DNA of 58,438 nt, counting the filler, from Sphacelaria rigidula (taxonomy: Eukaryota), in NCBI GenBank assembly GCA_964200075.2. It is 7 parts of 7 records of this genome, joined end to end, with 100 filler letters (N's around TTAATTAATTAA, not from the genome) between each part and the next. Parts side by side here need not be neighbours in the genome. Positions count along the whole stretch, not along the records: positions 1 to 8,263 come from CAXNAA020011729.1; positions 8,364 to 16,626 come from CAXNAA020011730.1; 5 more parts are not named here. One strand, 5' to 3'. The position numbers were made by a program, and so were the translations under genes. The first letter of the stretch is position 1; each line of letters begins with the position of its first letter. The notes under the pieces are model-generated. The model was not told the DNA's origin. It did no database searches and was given only the letters and a program-made list of their open reading frames with translations. Shown piece by piece: positions 1 through 12,714 of the stretch.

Positions 1-77
1 GGGTGGTGGGTGTTGGTGTGGGGGGTGTGTGGGTGGGTTGGGGTTTGCGGGGCGTGGGGGGGTGGGGGCGGGGGGGT

Positions 78-135
<58 letters not shown>

Positions 136-2465
136 GTTTGATGGCACGACAAACAGGAGGTCATTGGTGTATCAGACGACCTGAATCACCAGCGGTGCGC
201 TATATTGGGGGTGAAGGCGGTGTCAAGTAGTATGAATGAGCTGCGTGTTATTGCGGTACTCAGCGTGTTCGCACAGAAGTTGCCGCTTTCAACGACGATT
301 TGAAGTGGTATCCTCGTGCAAAAAATAGTCCAAAATACCCCTCCCCTCCCCCTTTTGTACGATGACTCCTCTCTCGGATTATTCGGGCGGCGATTTCTGT
401 CTATACAAGATGAAGCGGTCGAGCGCTTCGTTTTGTCGTTGTTTCTTTTATTGTAGTAGCATAGCGTTTGGAGGTGTAGTGGATGTTATGTATGTTCATA
501 TTGTGGGAGAAAGCGTCTTCGCTCATTTGTCGCATGTGCATGTGGGCATGATGCGCACGGGGCGGAGGGACTACTACTACGGAGTTTGGTAGGCAACCCT
601 GTGGAACTCAATGTATATGATCATCCTCCGGTGCAATGTTGGGGGGCAAGAGACATTTTTTCTCCATCCGCGTGTTACGCGCCTTTATTGTTTTCTCGGA
701 AGGATGCTGGAAGACAGCACCGTTGATTTGTCTTGCAATAAATAGCCCAGAAGGGTTAGCTTCCGATTGCCGACGACACATTATTTTTTACATAACCGTT
801 ATTTTTCTTCGTAGGACATGCATATATATATATATATATGCTTCACGCAGACAGCACGGCAACATGAGTATTCCGTACACTCGCGAGGATATGCTACAGT
901 GCTTGCCCCGATACGGCCTTGCCTCGGGTGTATCAGACAGCAAGGGTGCAGCACTGTAAATAAAGACAGCGGTTTTGTGCCGTGCCGTATCATCCTGCTA
1001 TGTGTTTTGTGTTTTGGTTGTGTTGATGTTCTGTTCTGTTCTGTTTTGTTCTGTTCTGTTTTGTTCTGTTCAGCGGGTTGGCGAGATCGGCGGGTGAGTT
1101 TCCCCGCAACCGTCATCGTCGTTCGAAAAATAGTAACGAAGACACACGAAAGTGTCAACTGGATCCGTCGAATACAGCCTCTTATGTAGGACACGTCGAT
1201 GTAACTCACCGCTGTAGGACGCCCCTCGTCGTCGCAAGGTTTTTGTATTTGGACCCGTAGTGCTGGTGAGATATTTTGTTATTATCGTGTCGCGATTTTT
1301 TGTATCGAGAGGGACGTCCACTGGCACTAAGGAGAGCTATCAGTAGGGGGAGCGCTTTGTTCGCCGAGAGAGACAAATGCCGCATGTTCGAGTAGTCTCT
1401 GGCAGGTGCCGTGAAAGAGCGTCGTCTGTTGTACTACTTACAGCTGCAGTTCACTTGCTGTTGTGCCTTGGCGGCCTCAATTTGGCAGTAGTAGTAGTAG
1501 CAGTAGTAGTAGCAATCGGGACGCTCGATATCTTTTGAAACAGATTGGAGAGAGGCCTCCGAGGATGGGAAGAAACGATGAACCAAACGAACAAAAAGAC
1601 ACACCAGAAAGGGAATCCACAAGAGCTAGTCCGTGTCGCGATCGTTTTGCCGTTCGTCCAATCATTCCCACGAGAAACCGTTGGACCAAGCGTTTCCTTC
1701 ATGTGTCTGTATGTGTGTGTAATGTTAGAATATTTATATATATATATATATATACACACACATGGCTATAGTGACTTGTGTACAAAATACACAGTGTTCG
1801 ACCGTCAACGCGGCAGGAACAATTGGTTCAACTGGTGAACCCAGCTCTGACAAGAGAGCTCGTGGAGGTTGCACAGTGTTGGTTGGTTAAACACATGCAA
1901 CGATGAATCGTAACTGGGGTTTACCGCTAATCTCGAGTATGTGTATGCGGAACTGCTGTTTCTCAAACCCCAACATGTACTGCGTGTGGAGCTCATCCAA
2001 GAGTGCGAATCTGTTACCCACTGAAAGTCCGCCAATCCAACCATGTGTATATACGCTAGCGCCGGTCGGGGCGCAGAGTGGATGCGGCAGTCTTGCTGGT
2101 TGCGGTAGCTGGAGCATTGGAAGGAAAAGCAACCAAGCACACCCTTCGGTTGACTGCCTGAAGTCAAAGACGCTGGAGTTACGACTCGCGTATGATGATG
2201 GGAGCAACAGCAGCACAACGAGGCTGAGGCCGTCCCCCGATGGTTGGCGGAGCGCGCGCGCTAGACGTGCCGCACAACCAAGAAAGCCGCGAGGTAGATG
2301 GTAGAATATCCCGGATCACGGGAAAAGGCCAAGCAAAATTTCTTTCGCAACGAGAGTCGATATTACAACGCGACCGCAGAACCCAAACGTGTAGGGCGCA
2401 TCTACCTATCCTGTCTTCTATCGAAGATGAGTATGATCAAAATGCCGGCGACAGCAACACCAACA

Positions 2466-4926
2466 CTACACGGGGGCGAGCGGAGCAAGTCGTGCATTGG
2501 TCACTCGCCGTCTAGGCACGGTAGGGATACTCCCCGCCCCAACCCCCACTCCTTCTCCTTCCCTAAACCCAACCGCCGTCGGATCTCTGCATCCTGCGTT
2601 TCGCCCGCTGCACTCCTTCGCCCTCCTCATGCCACCTCCGCGAGCCACGGTATCACCGGCAGTTTTTCGCGTGCCCCATGCGGTCGTATTATTATGGGCT
2701 GCACCGTCAGTCGGGTCAGTCGGCTTCCGTTTGCTCCTGATACCAAGGATCGATAAATTCGCGTCGCATGCGGGTGCGTCATCACGGTGTTGTTCTGCTG
2801 CTCCTGCTGTTGTCGTCCATAACGTTGTTGCCGCCTTCGACATTCCAGGCGCATGATCGCGCACTGTGTGTCCTCGATCCCTGCTGGCATCGCCCCTCCC
2901 ATGGTTGACGGTTCTAACATCAGCCGCCGCTACCGCCTCCGCCGCTACTGCCGTCGCCGCCGTCCCTTGCGCCACCGTGTTTGCTGCCGCAGGAAGCCGT
3001 GCTCGACCGTGCTCTCTCGTCACCATCGACAACGGCTTGCCTTCGTTCTCCCGTCGTTGTTCTCCGACCCGCGTCGCATGAGGAGGCACCAAAACATTGA
3101 GGGGAGCCACCCGCAAATGATTATTACCGTGCCTTTGTCTCGGTGCCCCTTTTTCCATCACCGGAATCTCCGTATCGAAAGCGCCGCCACCGCCACCATC
3201 GCCACCATCTCCTGCCTCGCCATCACCGCCGCCGCCAGTTGTCGGGTGCGCAAGCTTAGGGGGCGGGGCAGGACGGATCCGCGATAAAATCACACTATTC
3301 GCGGGGGAGCGAGCGACGCCTCCCAACCGACGGCCGCCCCTAGTCCCCGACACCCACGATGCCGCCGACGGTCTATTTGTCGCCGCCGCCGACTTCGCCG
3401 CGGGAATTCGAGCCTCCTTTCGGAGCTTGTGTTTGTGTTGCCGTTGTGGTTGCTGTCTCCGCTGTGTTGGATTGCTCCTAGACGTAAAGCGTGCTCTTGT
3501 CGGGTCGTGAGGATACCCCGGGTCGGCGGCAGACGTCGCGGACTCTACAGATGGTGGTGTATCGGCTGTTACGCGTGTCAAGGGTCCAGATCGGTTCGAA
3601 CGGATGCTTCTGGCGTTCCCATTTCGAGCATGGGGTAGTGGTCGTAATGCCCGCGGCGCTATAGAGGAGAGTGATGTGATCGACAGAGTATGACCTCGTA
3701 CTTGTGAGGTACGTTTGGGAGGGGCCGAAGCTGTGAGAAGCCCGCGCGGCTCTCGCAGATCCAAGCCGGTGCCGCCGGCTGTGCTACTAGCAGCAGCAGC
3801 AGCAGAAGTAGCAATTGTCGTTGCAGTACGCTGCCGATCTTGAGTGTATCGGGGCGAGTGGACATCGGAATGCGCGGATGTCACGGAGGTGGGCGAGTCC
3901 GTAACGGCCGGTGACGGCAGTAAGCTCTGCGAAGTCCGATGGAGTAGTCCAAAACGTGTGGTGAAGAAGTCTGGGGTGGCGGCTACCAAATGTTCCTCGA
4001 GCCGTTGCTCCTCTGATTGCGAAGGTCCCACGGACGAACGGAACGTTGCAGATGATGGAATTCGTTCTCTTCTCTCCACAACGAGGACACCGTTCCCTAG
4101 AGACATTGGCATTTCTTTCACGGCTGACGCCTCCGAGGGGTGTGCCCCTACTGAAGATACTGGAGCTTGCTTTCGGGCGGCAGCGGAATCCGTTGCCCCA
4201 GCGTTCATCGATTTCTTATTCGGGTGACACCGGGCTCGTCCTGAGGTGTTTGTACTGATCTCTTCTTGCAGCAACGGCTTCTCCGGTGACGCAGCAGAGA
4301 CTGTAGCCTCTGTCCCTGTAGCCCCCTTCGATGCTCTTGCCTGATTGGAAGTTGGCGACGTAGCGGAGGCTACCGTCCGTGCTGATACGCGAATATCTGT
4401 TTCGCTGTTTGGGATCAAAGTGTCTTGCGAAAACATCTTACGGGGGTACCCGCATGCTTCACACACCATATGTGCGGGAGAGTTATCAAGGGTGCACTGC
4501 GGGCACGTCCATTGCTGCGAAGCCTCCGACGGCAAGACCGTAGCGCACTCCCGCATCTCACTCATTCCCCTATCCTCGGGTATACTTCGGCATTCTGATG
4601 TGCTCCCCAAAGAGCTCGTTGACCTCGTGCCCGACCACACGCGCTTTTCGCGACCTTCTACCGCTTGCCGGGGCGGTAACAATACTACACGGTCAGAGAT
4701 TTCATTAGCATCGCTCCTCCGCCACGTTTGACGTCCATCGGGAACATTCCCGTCTCGCACCGTGGTAGATGATGTCGCCCGCCGGTTGGCCTCATTGTGG
4801 GCACGGACGGCGTGTATGTCTGCGGACGCCTGCCTCGAAGACTGCACGGCCTGGGCCAGGAGCTGCTCCACGCGGCCGAGTTCACCCCGTAGCCGACCGC
4901 CGGCCTCAACGTGCCATGAACTGTTC
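2466..4926 (-). CDS. Probable last exon of a zinc-finger protein; RanBP2-type finger followed by a long low-complexity region
   Basis: 832-aa ORF; WTCPQCTLDNSPAHMVCEACG (about 4449-4511) fits W-x-C-x2-C-x3-N-x6-C-x2-C; acceptor accag|G at 4927-4929 matches the phase-2 donor at 5123. Confidence 0.8.
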
Positions 4927-5123
4927 CTGGTGTTTTGTGAGTACACATTGCTCCACCCAGTCACATATCGTCGGACAGAATGAGGAATGAACAGACAACA
5001 CCCGTAAGTAGGTGCTACACGAAACTAAAAGGACGCTGTTTCACGGGCGTCTGGGGAATAGAGTCGAAGCTACCAACTAAAGCCGGGCAGTATGATTCAC
5101 TAATCCGAGCTCACATGTCTCAC

Positions 5124-6372
5124 CCAGTATTGTCTTCGCGACCCACACTGTCGCCCCAGACCGCCAACCGGCGCCCTTCTTCTTCGCCCACTGTCGCTGC
5201 AACACCGGTAGTCATAGCGGTGGCAGTAGCAGCAGAACAAACCTTGCCTTCGACAGCGACAGCTGCAGCTATTGCCGCATCACATGCGCCGCCAGGCAAT
5301 CGGTGAGCGCCGGCGACGTCACGTCGGGGAACAAGCTGGAAGCACCTATCGCAGCGCTCGGTACGCGCGCCGCAAAGCTCGCGATGGTCGCCAGCGGCGT
5401 GGAGGTCCCGGAAGGACAGCCCGCAGTACACGCAAGACAACAGGGATCGAGGGGAAAAGAGAGAAGGGTTGGGGGAAACAGAAGTGGAACCGTTTGGTGA
5501 TGAGACCCCGGGTGGTGGGTTCAACGGCGACTTCTGGTCGTTTTGTTCTCTGACGCTTTTCTGCGAGGACGGCGGAGGTGACGGCCCCCCCATTCCACTG
5601 TCGTCCCTACACTTGACTGCGCCTTCGGAACCGAAAACCTTCCGCTCTGCCGCTGTCTCGTCAACGCCGGTAACATTGCCTATTGGGCAGTTTGACCTAT
5701 CAGAAGTATTGACAGATTTTCTGGCGACGGCGGCAGCGGTGGCAATAGCATCGGTGCTGCCGCGCACTATCGTCGACGGCGTTGAATCTTCCACGGGGGT
5801 GTCGATCGTCGCCGCGGTAGTAGCGACGGACCGTCTTCCGATTTCCAAAACCCCAGGGCGGAAGCCGCGGCAACGAAATTGATGGAGGGCGTAGTTAGCC
5901 GGGGGAACTAGCTTCCCGCACGATTTGCACGTAATCTCGATGACGGCGCGAGGGCACCGTGGATCCACACCGTTATCGCTCGGCGAGCAAGTGTTCCCCA
6001 CAGTATTAGCCTCCTCGGGCCCCGCTGTCGGTGAAGACCAGTCACAGAATGTGGAACCCTCGTCTAGAACCACCCCGTTATGATTCTCCTTGTGTGTCAC
6101 CTTTTTAACCGAGGGGGCTACGTGTGCAACATTTAATGTCGTCGCCACTTCTCCTCTCCCAGCCGTATTTCCGCTGTTGTCGAGTTCTGTTGACTGCTCA
6201 TTGTTGTCGAGGATGCTTGCACCGCTCTGGTCGGTGTCGGTTGGGAGTGCCACTGTCCGGATACCCAAAGTGAACCCTTTCCCCGAGAAAGCTCTGCACC
6301 TGCTTTTCGTGGTATAGCGCGAAGAAACAGCTTTCGGCGCTGGTGGGGCTGGAGGGCTGATTGCGAGCACAC
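5124..6372 (-). CDS. Internal exon of the same gene with TRAF/XAF1(TRAFD1)-like zinc fingers
   Basis: CKSCGKLVPPANYALHQFRC and CVYCGLSFRDLHAAGDHRELCGARTERCDRCFQLV; donor GG|gtgaga at 5123; likely acceptor acagcag| at 6373-6375. Confidence 0.75.
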
Positions 6373-7593
6373 CTGCTGTTGTCGCCGAATCAAGACGGCG
6401 TTGAAATAGGAGTATGATACGGTAAACCATGGCGTCGATGGTGAGGGGACATATATACGATGAAATATCCACGCTTCTACGAGTGAAGTCAGTTGCGCGC
6501 TGTCGCGGGCAGAATCCCCATACCATAATCGTAGCACTGCCGAAGTACATGTCCAAGTCTGCCTGCCTTGGTCGGACCAAACGGGGGTTGCCAGCCTTTA
6601 AACCTGGATAATGATGGCAAGAAATCGACCCAACAGCTGTAGGAGAGTGTGCCACGTGCCATCTACCAGTAGTGGGAGATGCGGTACACTGCCAAACGCG
6701 GAATCTGCCGTACATGCTTCCGTCAAGACTCACGCTGATCATGTCCACAAATGTTCCTAGCAAGATGCCGTGGACTGGCTTTTCATGACTTGACCGGCAC
6801 TATTGCCTTCGCAGACATTGGTGAGGGAGATGTCACCTCACATCTTGATTTTGGGCGATAGGAGGAACGGCGTGGCCGAGCCATCACACACAGCGCTGTG
6901 CCGAACCTCACACGACAGACTCGCGAACGGTTTTCGAGAGGTGAAGACTCGCAACAACACCAAGCTGTCGTGGGATAGCAGTATCCCTTCCAACGAGCTC
7001 TTCGACAGGACGTTGGCTGCTTACATGATTTTCGCGCATTTTCGAGAAATTGGTGCTATCGTTCACGAGCTGTCTTTGTTTTGGATGGTGAAATCATGTG
7101 GTTGACTCGATAGCTTGGTTGATTGGTTGGGACATTAAGTGGTCCCCTACGAGTCATGACCCTAGCTGGGTCATTATCCATAAGGTAGATGTTCTCATAG
7201 TAAACGAAACAGAAACAAACGTTCGCTGAAGTACACTCTAAAACGGCGGGAAGACGTATGTACGTTGTAAAACCCAAATATGCACCGCCACCAAGAGTTT
7301 TATCCGGTATAACCGTTTTTTAATTCAATCAACAGAAATATCACCATTTCGGTTCCCGTCTTAGACCCCACAGAAGCAGAATTCCTAAAAGTAAACCTGA
7401 AAATATTATATGTTAGCCCCTAGCTCATTACTGGAAAATTTTGGCTATCGAATTGAATCATCATGTGAGATTTTTATCTCACCAGTGTTTTGCTTGCGTA
7501 CATCCTCGTGAAAACACTGGCTACATACTACGTACATCGTTTTCTTTTTAGAAGAGAACAAGCACCACAAAGGTAGATAGCCCCAAACCTTAC

Positions 7594-8164
7594 ACGGTGT
7601 TCTCTGCTGGTGTTGTCCTTCGGATGCTAGCGGCACGCCGTTGTCTTTCTTGGCCTTAGCGGGCTCGGGTAGATGCGAAGCTAATCGCGCCTCCGAACTC
7701 TCACTTTGGCTAGCACGTTCCACCACCGTTCCACCGTCACCACTCAGCGTTGTAGGAAGCGGCAGAGAGCGAAACTGTGCGGCCCTTTCCTCTCTCCAAC
7801 CAACACCCTCGCGTACCGGTCCGTGATCCCTCAGTTTGTCCTCGACATATCTGTTGCTATCCGGCAACGCGACTGCAACGTCAGAGCAAGCCGGTATTTC
7901 CGACGAGCAAAACTCTACCTCGAGGTCTAGGTCTCCCAGCAGGCTGACAACGCTCACACGCCTACCGCATCCACCGCCGCTTTTACACTCGTCGTCATCC
8001 ATTGTTGCATGGCTAGATGTGCAGTTTTCTGTATCTTGTCCTGACAGCACATCTTGATCGTCGGGACCGGTCATGCCGCCGGCACCACTTGCCACACTTG
8101 GCGGTGGTGCGTTAGTGCGAACTTCGACCACGTCCAGGAAAAAGTTTTCCCTTTCGTGCTGCAT
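7594..8164 (-). CDS. Probable upstream exon of the same gene (acidic, low complexity)
   Basis: Open frame MQHERENFFLDVVEV...; candidate donor T|gtaagg at 7593 is phase-compatible with the 6372 acceptor; boundaries and any extra exon are uncertain. Confidence 0.5.
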
Positions 8165-8263
8165 CGCGGGGGGGGGGGGGGGGGGGGTTTCGAAGAGGGT
8201 TTTTTTTCGGTGGGAAAAAGTCTGGGGGGGAAGCGGTTTTTTGGGGTGGGGTTTTTGCATGCT

Positions 8264-8363
8264 NNNNNNNNNNNNNNNNNNNNNNNNNNNNNNNNNNNNN
8301 NNNNNNNTTAATTAATTAANNNNNNNNNNNNNNNNNNNNNNNNNNNNNNNNNNNNNNNNNNNN
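8264..8363. other. Artificial contig linker
   Basis: 44 N + TTAATTAATTAA (8308-8319, stops in all six frames) + 44 N. Confidence 0.98.
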
Positions 8364-11300
8364 GACCCTCTGGGTGCCCGACGAGAACAGCCTGCCACAC
8401 GACAGTTGAGGGGGGTGTATGAGAGAGCAAACACTTGTGGAGACCGTCTCGACATGCGGAGTGAAAACGGATACGTATGGTGGTGACCTAACTCTTGCAA
8501 GTGTGGCGCATAGGAGTCCGTCCATGGTGCAATATGGAGCACACGCTGGTCACGTGAACATCTCGGTACAGTACGAGTAGCTTTCCAGAATTATTCCGAT
8601 GTAAAGAGGTCATGCATTACAAGCTGGGACAAGAGTGCTCTACGATCAACCACTTGTCGTTGCATTTGAGACCCACGCCATCAACCGCCGACAGCAAAGG
8701 TCATCACACAAATCCATCCAAACACAACAACTGCTTCAACAAGTGAGTAAGTAGTTCATCGTTCAACCCTCATCATTCGACGTCAGATACACGATAGCGA
8801 CCAACGATATACTTGTAAACGGAACAGCTGACGAGCAGTTTATCAGATGGATGGGCGCTCAAGTATTCGCCCAAGATATGCACTACTCGTACCCGCTGGT
8901 CTGTATCCAGAAACAACGCAGCAACTGCAATCCTCATGACAAATAATATGCCGTTGTGTGCGATAGTTTCCCACTCCTGCCTCCTGGGCACCACAACCAA
9001 CAACGTTGTGGGAACCGTATCACTCGTTATGACGTGCAACAAAAACACATGTGTGATCACCAATCCCTACATACATTCCGCCTGATAAGCTGCTATATTC
9101 ATCTACTCACACCTTCGCGCTCCACGATCCGCCAGTAAAAATCTTTTGATCTGAGGTGCTTGAAATATACTGAATCAACCTGCCAACCAGAAAACATGCC
9201 ATCTCAATTAGCCAGCAACTTCTGCAAAATATCTGACGGCCGAACCCTATCGTGTACGCAACGCCATAATACACAAAATGGCTTCCGAGGTACTTGAGCA
9301 GGAGTTTCAATAGTTCTACCGGGGAGAGATGGGTTGATCCCTTGAAACCGCAGACTCGTTCCGACGAAGGGGAAAGGTCCAAAGTGCGACAAATAATAGT
9401 AGTCATTAAAGTAATCATTATAGTAATCATAATATCAAACAAGCGTAGATTTGCCCTAACAGGCTGTGACTATTGTCATGCCCTGGAACGCCCCCATAAT
9501 AAATTATATTTCAACTATGAAGCACGGAACATATGCAGTGATCCTGAGTGTGCCCTGAACTGTCAAATGTGTAATCCATACATTCGTCCAATTGAAAAAA
9601 ACACCATCTAGAAGAAAAAAACTGAGGGTAACACGCTTCACACACGTAGCTCACCATACCAGACTCCGCGAAAGCATCACCAGTTGCTATACCATACATC
9701 GATCAGTATTACAAGGTGGAAAAAACGGGCGTACAGCCTCGCAAAAAGCAACCCATGGTGAATTTACATCATAGCACCCGGCAATACGACCGACCAACCG
9801 GAGACCTGTACAGCGAAAACGGACCGAGAACTATTAAGTGACTTTTTCCGCAACAGAGGCCAGGATAACTTCTCTCGATCGTTTCCATTCGAGGGAAATA
9901 TTCACCGCGACCGATAGATGTACTCCCATGACGTACCACGCGTGTCGACCATATAGGTAAAGACGACCTCGTCCCTGAAGACGTGCGAAAGCTCGTGGAC
10001 GTTGACCACGTACTAGTTTCAGCAAAAAAAAAACATCAACACAAGGAACACGAACAGATCATCGACCAATCTGGAAACTCTATAGCGAAAAAGAACGAGG
10101 GGTTGTGATGATACAAATACTCCATGAGCAACAGGGACGAAGAGAACCTTGCTCAATCATATTCCCCTTTCGGTGATGTGAGGCTGAACCTCCTTAATGT
10201 GTCGTACGTGCTGACCACATACAAGGAAATAATAGAGGCATGCAACTGCGTGGGCCTTGATCACACTCTTGCTTACGGGTATGCACCGAGTACGTTCACG
10301 ACAGACGTAATGCCGAGCAAACTACGGTACACGGATCAAGTACGCACCACGTGGACAGAAGTGTACCAGAGGGCTACGAGAACCAGAAAATATGTTACTG
10401 CCGTTGCTTCGTGATATGTGTTGCTCTACATCAAGAGTCGGACCGAAATCTATAAGGATAAATCACTGAGGAAACAGTAAAGACCACGGAGGCAAGAAAC
10501 AGACAGGCAACATGAACAATTCAACATCGATCCAACAATGAGGGGCAGCGGGTAGTTGTGGTGGAGTTGGCCAAAAAAGGCGGTGTGTATCTCAACGCAT
10601 AACCACCCTCCTGGGCGCATAATAGTACAAAAACACGGCACATGGGAGCCTCGCCCTGCCCTTGGGGAGAGTGATCATTCGTCAACTGAATCCGTCATGG
10701 TAGGACTTTAATAAAGCGACGAAAGTCACACATTACTTGCACTACTTGAATCTCCCGTCATCCCCCTCCCATACAAGCAGCGACGTGGCCCAGATTTATT
10801 TAGATTGTAACGTTTGTAGTAGAGATGCAGGATGAAGCGAGGATCATTGCGGTTGGCTCGGTCGGCGAAGCTGCACTGCCTGCGTGGACAGGGCTGCTAC
10901 GGTTCAAAGACGGGCCCCACTTGCTGCTGCGGGCTTCAGTGCAGATCTTGAAGCACCTACTGCAGCCGAAACGAATCGTGATCTGCTTTAAACACGATAG
11001 TGCACATGTTAACGAAAGCAGGTTAAGGATCCGCTACCCGAAAAATGATTCGCTTCTTGTGGTTTACCGAGAGATTGGCCACAACAACTGGTCAAGCCAA
11101 ATATCCATGCAAGCTCGTGATTCAACGATCACGAAATCGCCAATCTTGTCGTGCAGGCGTTGACGCTACGTCGACACCCGAAATTAAGAGTGATCTGGAT
11201 GCGGCGGAGTAACGGCGGGGGACAACAAAGGGTGAATCATGTGGGCGCAGGACATCCACGCTGCCCGGAGTATGTAACACAGGAGGAATCAGTACGTGAA

Positions 11301-12479
11301 ATACAAGCATTAGGTGAACCAACGATGGACATGATAATATGTTGCCGAACAGCACTAAGCGTGCATTCCTGCTTCACTGCGGGTACAACAGCGGTGAGTT
11401 GTTATCAATTGGAGCGGCGGGATTATATCATGAATACATATGGTTACCCTTTTGAATTCATTGCAGATTCATCATTTTTACGTCGACCCATGTCTCTTAC
11501 TAACAAACCAAGAAGGAAAACATGTCACCGAACCGTCAGCGGTCGCATATGATACTGTTGGTGCCACTCTCGAAGTCCAAGATATTTTCAACAACGTCGA
11601 TATTCACGTAGTTGGCGTTACTACCTCCAATCTCGACCAAGAGATACCCCACAAGAGCTTGTAAGTAGAGTAGTACTGTGCAGGCACTAAGAAATGCCCC
11701 TGTTGGAAAAATGCAAACGCGAACGTTCCAAAGTCACACTTGTACGAGCCGTCGGCGATATATGAGCTGCGTCGGTTGTATCGTCACGTCCCCATCCCCA
11801 CTCTTTCCCCCCGATATCAGCCTAGGCTGCATTGGGACGCCAGGGGCCGGCCCGCATCCATACGGCTAGTCAACAACCACTCACCTCTGTGATGTACAGT
11901 GTCAACAGCACATGAAGCATGAAACATATATCGAACGCGTGGCGAGCCTGCACGGAGTGACGAGCGAGGGATGGGTAGGCGCACGGTGGTGCATTGATCG
12001 CTTGTGGGGCATTGATTCTCCACTTATGTTGCTCTGTGCGAGAGAACTACGTCACGATATTGCCTCATCGTGCATGTTACCAGTGGTACGGGAGCTTCGC
12101 CTTATGGTTCAGCGTTCTGCTTGCGTCGTTTTTCAGATGCCAAGAACAAGGATTGCGCGAAGGGGGTGAATCGCGTAGCATTCTTACTAGTTAGTGCTAC
12201 CGTCGCCAAATAGGTTTATTGAACTTGCTACCAGAAGGTGTTTTCTGTAGTTAAGAGGACCCCCATGGTGCATGATACGGTCCACGGTAGCGCTGCCTAT
12301 CCGTTTTACGCGCCCGATACACTCTCAATATTTGACCAGGAATATTAATGCTCGCACTTCGCCCCCATTGATTGGCGTACACCAGGGCGCACAACGTTGC
12401 ACGAGGTGTTATTTTATTGAGGTACACCCCGTGTGCCCAAGCATCATGCCCGAGTAAGCTCGTCTGCGGGGCCTCTCTG

Positions 12480-12714
12480 CTGATGGGAACTGTAGTGCGT
12501 GAGAGGACCGCGTGCTTAGGGGACCGCATCGAAGTTCAAGCACCTCTATGGTGAGGGTAAGCGTCAGGGATAGTATTGGGGTCAGGGTTAGGGGCGTGGT
12601 CCCTGCAGAAACTGGGTCGACTGAGTTTGAAAAACGTCGATCCTGAGGTGTTTTGAACTACGATGCGGTCCCTCAACCACGCGGTCCGCGCACGCATTAC
12701 AGGTACCCCGATCA
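12480..12714. repeat. Imperfect inverted repeat, arms about 70 bp, spacer with degenerate (T)TAGGG-like hexamers
   Basis: 12480-12547 ...gtgcgtgagaggaccgcgtgcttaggggaccgcatcgaagttcaagcacctc matches the reverse complement of 12645-12714 ...atgcgtgcgcggaccgcgtggttgagggaccgcatcgtagttcaaaacacctc. Confidence 0.8.

Noticed and set aside
1..135. Poly-G tract and Gly-rich ORF 3..230
   Set aside because: Contig-end homopolymer with noisy flank, probably a sequencing artefact; 8165-8263 and 57930-58220 look similarly low quality.
6373..6763. N-terminal ~130 aa of the 547-aa ORF as a domain
   Set aside because: Probably intron read-through upstream of the acceptor at 6373; no motif recognised.
8308..8319. 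TTAATTAATTAA recurring about every 8363 bp as a periodic biological signal
   Set aside because: Always centred in 44+44 N, so it is a synthetic spacer; ORFs crossing the N runs are invalid.
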